64,000 nucleotides of DNA from assembly GCF_006345805.1 (NCBI RefSeq), contig NC_043002.1:108066001-108130000 (forward strand), written 5' to 3'. Every line of letters starts with the position of its first letter. Position 1 is the first letter of the stretch. The stretch comes from Octopus sinensis (Eukaryota). A program made the position numbers and the translations under genes. Positions 1 to 12,320 of this stretch are shown one piece after another. The notes beneath the pieces were generated by a model. It did no database searches. It worked only from the letters and a program-made list of their open reading frames with translations, and was not told the DNA's origin.

Positions 1-292
1 AGTGCTTCCAATCCAACAAGTCTAACCTAAGGCAACAACATTCTTCAGTTGTAAGTTTCTTACTGTTAGAATTCTGCCAACCAATTCTGTGTCCTCCACA
101 CACAAATCCTTAGTCCATTTTAATGTTGGGACTATATGTTCAAAAATTAAACATATGAGGGGTGGGTGTAAAATGAGGGAGACAATGATGTTCTTCAGCT
201 TGATAGAAAAAGTGCATTCCAACAGAAATATGGTAATAAAGGGGTTAATTTATTGGAATGTGTTGATTTTTGCTTAATTAAAATACAATTAA

Positions 293-512
293 CCCTTTAG
301 CATTTAAACCGGCCATATCCGGCCAAAATATTCTACATGATTTATGTTCAAATTGGCCAAATCTAGTTTCTAACAGCTTTCATACAATGTCATACTAAAA
401 GCAAACAATCACTTCATTGAAATCTCAAAGTTACAAGACAATGCATGATTAATTCAAAAGAATGTGAAGAAATAAATATTATATTTAACAGAATAATCTG
501 AATGCTAAAGGG
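293..512. mobile_element. piggyBac-like MITE
   Basis: TTAA|CCCTTTAGCATT...AATGCTAAAGGG|TTAA. Confidence 0.85.
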
Positions 513-769
513 TTAAAACAATGCAGCAAGCACTTGTAAATCTGTGATTTCTACATTCTTTGCAAAAACCCCTCATGTTGGAAACCATTCTCTCAATGTA
601 AGATTCAACATTGAATATCAGAGCTAGGCAGAGGAATGGTCAGTAGGTTGTTCTGGGTCACTGTTCAGTTTACTATCTCAGGGTTATTGATCTTCTTGAT
701 TATCACGGACCTCAGGTTAAACAACTCCATCTTCCATTCCATTGTTCTCACAGACCCTTCCTCATTTAA

Positions 770-991
770 CCCTTTCGGTACCAACCTGGCTGAAGCCAGC
801 TCTGGCTCTGTAGTACAAATGTCTTGTTTTCAAAAGTTCTGAATTAAAACGTTCCATTAAACCTTGGTCACAATTTATGTTCCTAACACTAGCTCAATCA
901 TAACTAAGTTATTTTACTAAATTCTTTGCTATATCTAAAATTAATTGAAAGAAATACAGAGCATCTCAATAGAAATATGGTAACAAAAGGG
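770..991. mobile_element. piggyBac-like MITE (second family)
   Basis: TTAA|CCCTTT.G.TACC...GGTAACAAAAGGG|TTAA; homologous to the two copies at 3620-4087. Confidence 0.85.
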
Positions 992-1734
992 TTAAAATAT
1001 ATAATAGAGAAACAATTCTGGTGCCATAATCTAATACATTAATACACTCTGTAAAGTGTTTGATGTTAGAAAGGACATCCAGTCATAGAAATCATAGTAA
1101 AGTAGAATGTTGAAGCAAGAGGTGAGGCTCTGAACAATCTATTAGGGAAATAACTCCATGTGGGAACTGACTCAGAAAGTGACTGCCCATCTAATCCATG
1201 CCAGTATGAAAAAGTAGAAGTAAAATCATGGTGATGAATGTTAACAGTTCAAATAATGGAATAAATGCTATACTGTGAGAAAGAAGAGAATATCAGGTAA
1301 AAATAAATGGTCTACTAATGTTGGATAAATATACTGGAAGAAAGTTTTATCTTTCAACACCAGTAGGCACTATATCTCAAACAAAGGCTGCTATACATAG
1401 TACCAAAATTCTTCACCTCTCTGTATTACCATTTTCTCTCACAAAACACAACCAATTTCCTTAGATTCTACCATTTTATAAGATAATCTTGGTTTTTTAG
1501 AGTGACACAATGGTTACACTTTCATAAGGGAGGGTATAGACCGTCTGTTAGCTATTTATTCATCTTGTTGACCTTGGACAGATAAAGTTGGCCTCCAGCA
1601 TCAGGATTTTAACTCAGGAGAGAGGCAGAACTATAAAATGGTAATTGTTTAATCTACAACTCTAGTAATACTCAACACCACTTTAAACAGAGCAACCTTT
1701 TAGCACAACGTCCTACAGTATTTATTTTCCTACA

Positions 1735-1920
1735 AAGGCGAGTTGGCAGAAACGTTAGCACAGTGGGTGAAATGCCTAGCGGTATTTCGTCTGTCTTTAA
1801 GTTCTGAGTTCAAATTCCGCCATAGTCAACTTTGCCTGTCATCCTTTCGGGGTCGATAAATTAAGTACCAGTTACGCACTGGGATCGATGTAATCGACTT
1901 AATACCTATGTCTGTCCTTA
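1735..1920 (+). mobile_element. SINE family C (tRNA head, Meta-domain-like gcctttcatcctttcggggtcgataaa...gtacc)
   Basis: A box TGGCAGAAACG, B box GAGTTCAAATTCC; recurs more than 10 times in the window. Confidence 0.8.
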
Positions 1921-2180
1921 ATACCTATGTCCGTCCAACCCATGCTAGCATGGAAAATGGACGCTAAATGATGATGATGATGTTGTAGCCATCAAACAGA
2001 ACAGACAACACACACACACTCTCTCTCTCTCTCTCTGATGCTAGTCTACTGCACAGGGAAGGAGACACAAAAGATCTGAGACTCACAAATTTTGATCTCT
2101 CCTAGTCTTTTATACGAACCCACCTGAAATTGCCACTGGTTTTGTAATACAAAAATCTCTAATTTTAGAGTTTCTTGTTT

Positions 2181-2565
2181 GGTGTGGCTGTGTGGTAAGT
2201 AACTTGCTTACCAACCACATGGTTCCGGGTTCAGTCCCACTGTGTAACACCTTGGGCAAGTATCTTCTACTATAGTCTCAGGCCAACCAAAGCCTTGTGA
2301 GTGGATTTGGTAGACGGAAACTAGAAGCCCATCATATATATATATATATATTTATTTATTTTGTGTGTGTGTGTCGCAACCATCACTTGACAACCAATGC
2401 TGGTGTGTTTATGTCCCTGTAACTTAGCATTTTAGCAAAAGAGAGTGATAGATTAATACTAGGCTTACAAAGAATAAGTCCCGGGATCAATTTCTTTGAT
2501 TAACACCCTTTAAGGTGGCACTCCAGTATGGCCACAGTCAAATGACTGGAACACATAAAAGAATA
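2181..2565 (+). mobile_element. SINE family B (tRNA head, CORE-like segment, internal (TA)n(TG)n)
   Basis: gtggctgtgtggtaag...gggttcagtccc...caccttgggcaagt, tail ...gactgaaac. Confidence 0.85.
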
Positions 2566-3619
2566 TCTAAAGTAAAACCTTACATCATAATTCTAAGAAA
2601 GAAGCACTCATTAAATTGTTCCAAACATCAGCTTAGTTAAAAGGTTACTTTCCAAAATCTTACAAATTCTTTGAAATACATGGATGGTGTATTTCCATCT
2701 GAAATACGAAACCAAACGAAAGCAAACCTCTTGTGTCTGGTGAAGATTCTATGCTGGAGGATATTTTCCATGTGTGTGGATGCGAGGAATATATCAAAAA
2801 ACATTTCACTCACACACATCCACCCGCATTATTTAATGATGTGTGTGTGTCTGAAAGACTTTAAATGGCTGTTTCTAAGTCGACGCCCAAATAGTTTCAA
2901 GCCACTCAAGATGAAGGTATGAGCCAACACTGTGAAATTCTCATTGGACATTCTTGCTTAGATAACTTTATGGTAGTCTCAGCTATCTTTTCCTCTTGGA
3001 TTGCCCAAAACTTAGAGAGAATAGTAATCAGTTGTGAGTTGATTCCTGACAATGTGTGTGTGTGTGTGTGTGTTGTGGCAGGGTGAAAGTAAGAGCGAGG
3101 GAGAAACAGAAATGGCCTGTGGTTATGTTTATTAGGTTTTTTGAGGTCATTTGTATGAATTTAGAAAAAAAATGCTTATCAAAGAAAAGCTGTATTTGAA
3201 ACAAGTTGCGAGAAATAATCTTGAGGATCCTTTAATCACACCTATTCAATGAATCCGCTGTTAGCATCAATGGCTGCTTCAAACAAGGTTGGAAGCGTTG
3301 ACATGCCTGAAGGAGATGATCTTTATCAGTTTTGGACAAAGTGATGTAGAACAGTACAGTGCAGGAATTAAATCCATATTCAAACCAAAACAGGTTTGTT
3401 TTTTGTTAACCACAAATTCTATCAGCACTGAATGAAATTAAATGAATGTAGTTCCAGCTGAGAATACCATTGAGACTAAATTTTCCCCAAGTTAAAAAAA
3501 AAATGGTACCTCATCGCGTAAAACGAGGAATATTCTAGTTGATCCAATCAACGGAACAACCTCCTCATGAAATTAATGTGCAAGTGGCTGAGCACTCCAC
3601 GGTTGTGTAATACCCTTAA

Positions 3620-4087
3620 CCCTTTTATTACCAACCCAGCTGAAACCGGCTCTGGCTTCTGAGTACAAATGTCTTGTTTCCATAAGTTTTGAATTAAAAT
3701 CTTCCACAAAACCTTACTCACAATTTATGTTCCTAACACCAGCTTAATGATAACTAAGCTATTTTACTAAATTCTTTGTTATATTTAAAATCAATAGAAA
3801 GAAACACCACAGAGCATCTCAACAGAAACATGGTTACAAAAGGGTTAAAATATATAATAGAGAAACAATTCTTAACCCTTTTGTTACCAACCTGGCTGAA
3901 ACCAGCTCTGGCTCTGAGTACAAATGTCTTGTTTCCATAAGTTTTGAATTAAAATCTTCCACCAAACCTTAGTCACAATTTATGTTCCTGACACTAGCTG
4001 AATGATATTTTTACTAAATTCTTTGTATATTTAAAATTAATTGAAAGAAACACAGAGCATCTCAACAGAAATACGGTAACGAAAGGG
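3620..4087. mobile_element. Tandem pair of piggyBac-like MITEs inserted in a SINE
   Basis: Two TTAA-flanked copies (3620-3844, 3876-4087). Host SINE family A continues at 3510-3619 and 4092-4290. Confidence 0.85.
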
Positions 4088-4330
4088 TTAATATAATTCT
4101 CAGGGAGATTCAGCATGACACAGAATATGACAAGGCTGGCCCCTTTGAATTACTGGTACAATTCATTTTTGTCAACTGAGTAGATTGGAGAGACATGAAA
4201 TAAAGTGTCTTGCTCAAGGACAATACACTGCTGGGAATTGAACTCACAACCTTTCGATTGTAAGCCAAATACCGTAACCACTAAGCCACATGCTTTTCCC
4301 AAATTAATTATAAAATATCATTAAAAGATA

Positions 4331-4822
4331 TAGGCATAGGAGTGGCTGTGTGGTAAGCAGCTTGCTTATGAACCACATGGTTCCAGGTTCAGTCCCACTG
4401 TGTGGCACCTTGGGCAAGTGTCTTCTACTATAGCCTCAGGTGGACCAAAGCCTTGTGAGTGGATTTGGTAGACAGAAACTGAAAGAAGCCCGTCATATAT
4501 ATGTATGTATGTATGTATGTATATATATATATATATATATACATATATATACACACACACACACACATATATATATATATGTATATGTATGTATGTGTGT
4601 GTATATGTTTGCATGTCTGTGTTTGCCCCCCCCCCCAACATCACTTGACAACCGATGCCGGTGTGTTTACGTCCCCGTAACTTAGCAGTTCGGCAAAAAG
4701 AGACCAATAGAATAAGTACTAGGCTTACAAAGAGTAAGTCCTGGGGTTGATGTGCTTGACTAAAAGGTGGTGCTCCAGCAGGGCCACAGTCAAATGACTG
4801 AAACAAGTAAAAGAGTAAAGAG
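4331..4822 (+). mobile_element. SINE family B
   Basis: Full-length copy with (GTAAAAGA)n tail. Confidence 0.9.
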
Positions 4823-4967
4823 ATACTAAATCATAGACTCCCAATATGTGATCTGAGTAGAACTCATTAAGGGATATTGATTTCTCAGTGAAATAACTGG
4901 TCACTTAAAGGAAATATCCTTTCATAAATCTTGACATATAATTGATGGAGTCGGATAATTGAGATAA

Positions 4968-5555
4968 ATATCCTTCTCCACTCTAGGCACAAGGCCTGAA
5001 ATTTTGGGGGAGGGGGCCAGTCAATTAGATTGACCCCAGTACGCAACTGGTACTTAATTTATCGACCTTGAAAGGATGACAGGCAAAGTTGACTGTGGCG
5101 AAATTTGAACTCAGAACTTAAAGACAGACGAAATGCCTATTTCTTTATTACCCACAAGGGGCTAAACACAGAGGGGACAAACAAGGACAGACATAGGTAT
5201 TAAGTCGATTACATCGACCCCAGTGCGTAACTGGTACTTAATTTATCGACCCCGAAAGGATGACAGGCAAAGTTGACCATGGCGGAATTTGAACTCAGAA
5301 CATAAAGACAGACGAAATACCTATTTCTTTATTACCCACAAGGGGCTAAACACAGAGGGGACAAACAAGGACAGACATAGGTATTAAGTCGATTACATCG
5401 ACCCCAGTGCGTAACTGGTACTTAATTTATCGACCCCGAAAGGATGACAGGCAAAGTTGACTATGGCGAAATTTGAACTCAGAACATAAAGACAGACATA
5501 TATACCGCTAGGCATTTCACCAGCTGTGCTAACGTTTCTGCCAACTCGCTGCCTT
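4968..5555 (-). repeat. Tandem array of SINE family C units (~184-bp period)
   Basis: ctatttctttattacccacaagggg at 5137 and 5321; three head-to-tail units. Confidence 0.85.
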
Positions 5556-5664
5556 GGTAGAGTTAAATAGGCTCAGCTTGAACAGTTATTTCAATCACTG
5601 GACAACGTTACTTGAAGAAATCGTTGTCATCTAATTATACGTTGCTGACACCTTGGGCGTCCTT

Positions 5665-6272
5665 TTGTTTTTTACTTGTTTCAGTCATTAGACTGCGGCC
5701 ATGCTAGAGCACCACCTTGAAGACCCAATACTTTTTTTTTAACAAGCCTGGGAATTATTCTGTTGGTCTCTTTCGCAAAAGAGTTCAGCCACAGGGTTGT
5801 AAACACACCAACACCGGTTCTCAAGAGGTGGAGGGGGATGACAGACAGACACACATACACACACACATATATATATATATATATGTATAGCGGGAAGCTT
5901 TATGAAAATAAACAAAAGACGAAGGCAGGTGGAATACAAACAAACAATTGTATTAGTATGGCGCTCAGGAATATAAATAAAACAAGTCTTTTACGTTTCG
6001 AGCCTACGCTCTTCAACAGAAAGATACACAGAAAAGAAACACGGAGAGAAACAAGGAGAGGGGAAAAAATGCGTGCAGAAGCTAGCGAATCAACATGGTG
6101 TATGTATATATATATATATATATACATACACGCTTCTTTCAGTTTCCATCTACCAAATTCACTCACAAGGTTTTGGCTGGTCTGAGACTATAATAGAAGA
6201 CACTTGCCCAAGGGGTCATGCAGTGGGACTAAACTTGGATCCGTGTGGTTAGGAAGCGAACGTCTTACCACA
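5665..6272 (-). mobile_element. SINE family B with a hammerhead-bearing insert (about 5890-6100) in its microsatellite
   Basis: Both SINE halves flank an unrelated ~210-bp sequence. Confidence 0.8.
5987..6024 (-). ncRNA. Minimal hammerhead ribozyme motif with variant core (CUGUUGA)
   Basis: Minus strand: tcttt-CTGTTGA-a-gagc(gtag)gctc-GAAA-CG-TA-aaaga. Perfect stems I and II; palindromic ACGT stem III. Confidence 0.55.
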
Positions 6273-8507
6273 CCTGTAATTTTGTTTTCTTTCTTCCTAG
6301 AGAACCTTCTAGACAGTCGCTTAATCTAGAACAGCTAAATCTGCCGCAAATCACACACACCCTACCAGCTCAATAAAGGAGACGTTGGGTAATGTAGTCC
6401 CAAAGACAGTAGGTTTGAATTAAAGATGGGATCATCACAACTATCTTTGATCCTAGAACACTTTGACTGGGTCTAAAGAATAAGAACTGGCCAATATCAA
6501 ACCGATCGAGGTCTATGTAGTATTTCTGTTTCCTAGGTCAGCTAGAAATAACAACCAAATCTCCTTCAAATCACACCTTGATTATGAAATAGCACGCACT
6601 GGGAATAATGTAGTCTCCAAAAATTGTCTTAAAAAATAGGTGTCACGGTTGGAATGTCTAATCGTAAGTCAGTTGATCAAGGCTAATATGATGGGTGCGG
6701 AGTTAACAGGAGCATAAAACAAAATTGCGGCAAATGTATAGAAATTAGCGAAGCAACAGAACAATGAACAGACGTTGATGAATGAAACATATGTTCAAAC
6801 TAGAGCCGCCGCGTGACAATGACAAAATACGCTTGATGCATTGGTTGAGTTTGGCGGATTATTAAACTAGTTGTGAGTTGTTTGCAGTCGTGATTCGTGC
6901 ACCTGTCTTGTAAAACAATGGAGTCTACATTCATTGATATTTCAGCTCGTTATTTGCACTTTTATATCACCTGGGGTCGCGTAATACTTTCCTTTATAGC
7001 GGCTGCCCTTGCCGTATGATATAATACATTCAACAAAGAGCGAGTGCGCCCGCCTTTCCCTCTGTACAGTTCAGTTGTTAACTGACCTCTGTCTTCGCGG
7101 ATTTCAACAACAGAAACCCCCCGTTATTAGAATCGCCCACGCACGACATTACATTGCAAAACACCCTTTAAAACTAGGGAGCCTCGACGTAGACACACAA
7201 CTTGCCAGTAATAATAGTCAAATACCCCCAAATCACACTCATTCGTCTTTGAATGATGTAGTTTTAAATATCTTCTATTAGAAAATAAGATAGGATGGTC
7301 GCGGCTGGAACGATTTTGATCACGTGTCTGATCAACAAAGACAAACCAAGTATGTCACGCTATTGTTTTTCTCATAAAATGCAGACTGCGTGCCTTCCTA
7401 AGTAATCGATTATTAGCATGGTATCGTAATTCAGAGAGACGGTCAGTATCATGTCCATAGCACTTAACTTCCCATGCCCACCCCACCAAAAAAAGAAAAA
7501 GAAAAACATTGGTCATTAAACTAATTTGTGTTGTACTACGTCAGTGCGTAGGTCGGTATCTGACGAATATGTTGTTGTTGTTTAACCATAGGCAAAACAT
7601 GAGCAAACAGGCCTGTAATCAAAACCATTCCAGCCATGCTCATCTTGTCTGTTGGTTGTAAGCACTACACTATCATTTCTTTATTTAAGACGGTAGGGAG
7701 CAATCTGGGGGGAAATGCACCCCACTCGTTAGTTTGTAGGATGAACAATAAATTTATCATTAGGTCTAGTATGCATCGACGAAAGCAGGACCCTTGGAAT
7801 ACGACCCGTTGTTCTATAAAGACACGACACTTGGAAGTTATTAATGACGAGTTGACAGACGGAGCGAAACAAACAAAAAAACACTGACACATTATCAAAA
7901 GGAATCCAGAATGAAATTAAAAAGTAAAAGTACATATTCGCACACACATACTTGTGTACGTGTGGGAGTAAGTACAGCAACGATAAAAGATTTTGACACA
8001 GCAGAGAGAGTAAAGTATGTTGAAATACATACGAGAGAGAGAGACTTACTAAATAAAATAACAACAACAATAATATAAAGCAAATTAATCTGATGTCTGT
8101 TTTATAAGTAAATGTTAGTTACTAATGTTATCTTAGTAAAACTGGAATTTGCAACAACAAAAAATAAGAAACTGACGAAGTTGATAGGAAACTGAAGATG
8201 AAATTTGAACGAAGACAGTGTAAAGTTTGCCACGGATAAATATTGTTGTTGTAGGATAACAAGAATTTTTAAAATGTGGCGAAGACAGAAGTATTTAATA
8301 TTTTGACATTTCTTTTATCTCGAGTTCGACTTAAAGAAAATAAAAAGTAAATATCACAGCAATGAGTCGGAAAAACAAGATATTGTTCAGACTTCCACTG
8401 GTAAAATTATTATAATGATTCAATATGTGTATGTGTATGTATATATATATATATAGTATGACATAAGTATTCACATTGATACAGGTATACATATATTCAC
8501 AGAACGA

Positions 8508-8557
<50 letters not shown>

Positions 8558-9451
8558 GCTATATAAATTCTTGGCCCAAAAAATATACACAGAAATTAAT
8601 TAGTTTAACATATATACATATGTGTGTGTGTGTATACGATATAATTATGGGAGTGGTGAGTTTATGAATAAAGCAAGTGCTTTAGATAAAACAAAAATGC
8701 ATTTCATTTGTTTGGCGTAATTTTTCTAAGTCTGCATATAAAATGTGTCGCCTGGCTTATTCATGCAATTAACATGTTTTATGTTGGTTTTCTGGTCGAC
8801 AAGTAAAAAAATAAATAAATAACATTTTAGTCTTTACAGTCATATATATAAAATACTTACTCGCCCATCTTCCCGTCGTAGCAGCAGCTAATAATAATAG
8901 TAAAAAGATAATAAATCCGAGTATAATAATTCGTGGAGCAAGGTGCTGCTGAAATGCGCAGGATGAAATGTGAAGGAGAGATCTATGAATGAGAGAAACG
9001 TAACGAGGTTTGAATACGTTGTACGGATGGACAGAATGGAAATAAACAGCAATCGCAGATGGTTTGTCAGTTGCTGTGGAAACGCAGTAGGCGTCTGTCG
9101 GAAGCTGGTTGTACAGCAGGAATTAATTAATGTACTTGTTTTCGGGTGGGAGGATTCGATCTCGGTAAAACGAACTCACCAAACCACCTATCAAGTCACT
9201 GATTCAAAGCTTCCTCAATACAATCTATTTTTCTCTCGTTCTTCTTATGGTGCCAGTTGTGTTTCTTGTAATTAAATTACAGCATATAACAACAGCTCCC
9301 AAGCTTTTTTCATTTCGTCACGCATTGGAGATCAAGTGTAAAAAAAAAACAAAAAAAATTAACAAAAGCTGGCGTATTTCGTATGAAAAGTAACACTTCA
9401 CTGGTACGCTTTAAGCGTAAACATAAAGAAAAATAAATTCTTTGAAGAAAT

Positions 9452-9856
9452 GTAGGCGCAGTAGTGGCTGTGTGGTATGTAGCTTGCTAACCAACCACGT
9501 GGTTCTGGGTTCAATCCCACTGCGTGGCATCTTGGGCAAGTGTCTTCTGCTATAGCCCCGGGCCGACTAATGCCTTGCGAGTGGATTTAGTAGACGGAAA
9601 CTGAAAGGAGCCCGTCGTATATATGTATATATATATATGTGTGTATGTGTTTGTCCCCCTCGCATTGCTTGACAACTGATGCTGGTGTGTGTTTACGTCC
9701 CCGTCACTTAGCGGTTCGGCAAAAGAGACCGATAGAATAAGTACTGGGCTTACAAAGAAATAAGTCCCAGGGTCGATTTTCTCAACTAAAGGTGGTGCTC
9801 CAGCATGGCTGCAGTCAAATGACTGAAACAAGTAAAAGAGAAAAGAGTAAAGAGTA
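9452..9856 (+). mobile_element. SINE family B
   Basis: Full-length copy. Confidence 0.9.
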
Positions 9857-10400
9857 ATCATCTGGTTTATAAATCATAGTTAGGAAAATAATTTAATACT
9901 AAAAGAAAACTAAACTGGATCTGTATTATATGACAATGCTATAGTGAGTTTTGTAAATGTTTCGTTGTCCCAACATGAAAAATGAAAGAGGTTACCCTGA
10001 AGAATGGTGAGGAATGGACGCGGGAAAGGGCCGTTCCCCGTCGTAGGATTCATTTCTACAGACGGTAATCGCTCTCCTCCAGATTAGATTCTTGCTTGAG
10101 GAAGTGATTCAGGGACCCAATAAGCCAGCTTTTCTAAATTTCTACCGGTTTAGGTTCGAATCGAACCAGTCGGGGAGCAACTGGTGAACACAGGCCACAA
10201 CTCAGTTGGAGGTGACTTATATCGAAACAACAACGACAACCCCTATTAAAATAACGAGACTCGAATATTTAGAACATACTCTATTTAATCTATTTAGAAT
10301 ACTGGAAAATAAAAATGAACAAATGGGTATTTCAGCTTAGCCATTATGGCATTGCGCATTTGGCGTCTCTGATTCGGCAGCTTACTTGAGAGTAGACAAT

Positions 10401-10431
<31 letters not shown>

Positions 10432-10962
10432 GTGTGTGTGCTTCTTGCACCAAAACAACTGTCACCAAAATAAGCTGAATGTCCAAATAATCAGCGTTCA
10501 AACTGCACCCAGTCTGTCTCATTCTGGGGTAAAAATCTTTGAAGTGTTTGTAATCTGATGTTGTAAGACTTTATGTCATCACCGGGCTGTCATAGTCTGC
10601 CAGGTTTTGTTTGTATGTTGGAATAGAAATTAAAAATGGTTTTAATTCATTCAAAAAATTCACAAAATTAAAGGAAGAAATACAGCAATATCCTAACTAT
10701 AATTAAATATGTTTTACAAGAACCGAGTCTTATACAAGACATGTAACAATTATAAATACTGAATGAGCATATACGAGTTCATTCTACCTTTGTTGTAGAA
10801 AGACCATAACCAATCATATCTGTCAGGAAACCTAGAGCCCCAAGTCGAGTTTGGAATTTCAGTTACCCTGTTTCGCTAGAGTGGCACAACTAGTGAAGAA
10901 GAAGAGGAAGAAGTGCATTTGTTGTGGTGAAAACCTAGTTGGAATATAGTGGCCCCACTATT

Positions 10963-11190
10963 AAGGCGCTATTAGTTAGCACGCCGGGCGAAATGTTTTG
11001 CAGTATTTCGTCTGCCGCTACATTCTGGGTTCAAATTCCGCTGAGGTTGACTTTGCCTTTCATCCTTTCGGGGTCGATGAAATAAGTATCAGTTACGCAC
11101 TGGAGGTTGATATAATCGGCTTAATCTGTTTGTCTGTTCGTGTTTGTCTCCTCTGTGTTTAGCCCCTTGTGGGTAGTAAAGAAATGGGAA
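10963..11190 (+). mobile_element. SINE family C
   Basis: Full-length copy. Confidence 0.8.
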
Positions 11191-11919
11191 TATAGTGTCC
11201 CCATAATAATAATTCACTGCCAATAGGTGATTTGATAGTAAATCTGGTACCGCCAAATTAAGTGTTATCATGGCCTCTCTACCACCATGTCTCATCTCTT
11301 TTGCAGATGGCATGAAAAAGAGGGAAACTTTTCTTTTCACTCATTGACATGACATCATCTCTCCCCTTTCCGGTCTTCCTTCCACCACAGTATTTCTCGA
11401 CAGTGGACGCAGTGTCGATTTTCAACCATTTAGAAAATTCAAAAACGCATAGATGCAGTGGACTTGCATCAGTTAATTCCATTTTGTTTGCTCGAATAAA
11501 CTGACAAAATAGAACTTTTACCAAAAGATGAAAGTCAAAATGGTAATCAGTTGTAATTGGGAGAATGGTGTTGGAAAAGGAATGGGGGAAGAATTCATTC
11601 AATGTATAGCTTGCAGCTAAGCCGAATGGGTATGTTGTTGTTGATGATATTACAGTAGAAAATACTGCCAAATTTAACAGCTTTCAGAATAATCTTAATG
11701 TGTCATTCAACTTAGCCCTTGCCATATGGCTTGCAAGATGTAGTTTTGTATATAACTTCTGCTTGTTGATTCAAATTATCTTTTATGTCCTTCGACAGCA
11801 ACAAAACATTGCAGATAGACTCTCAATGTAAAGATCTGAATAATGAGTCTTATAACTAAATTTTAAACAGCAACACAAAATATTAAAACAAATCTTTTTT
11901 ACTTGTATAGTAAACTACA

Positions 11920-12311
11920 GTGGAGGCGCAATGGCCCAGTGGTTAGGGCAGCGGACTCGCGGTCATAGGATCGCGGTTTCGATTCCCAGACCGGGCGTTG
12001 TGAGTGTTTATTGAGCGAAAACACCTAAAGCTCCACGCGGCTCCGGCAGGGGGTGGTTGCGATCCCTGCTGTACTCTTTCACCACAACTTTCTCTCACTC
12101 TTACTTCCTGTTTCTGTTGTACCTGTATTTCAAGGGGCCGGCCTTGTCACTCTCTGTGTCACGCTGAATATCCCCGAGAACTACGTTAAGGGTACATGTG
12201 TCTGTGGAGTGCTCAGCCACTTACACGTTAATTTCACGAGCAGGCTGTTCCGTTGATTCGGATCAACCGGAACCCTCGTCGTCGTAACCGACGGAGTGCT
12301 TCCATCCATCC
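11920..12311 (+). mobile_element. tRNA-headed SINE family A
   Basis: A box TGGCCCAGTGG, B box GTTTCGATTCC, (CCAT)n tail, TSD AGTAAACTACA. Confidence 0.9.
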
Positions 12312-12320
12312 AGTAAACTA

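Noticed and set aside
8362-8400. Plus-strand ATGAGTCGG...CTG|GTAAAA candidate first exon
   Set aside because: Weak donor and no downstream exon identified.
11279-11671. 130-aa minus-strand ORF
   Set aside because: No recognisable motif or supporting splice structure.
11921-11995. tRNA-like sequences at SINE heads
   Set aside because: They do not fold into complete cloverleaves and continue into repeat bodies with TSDs.
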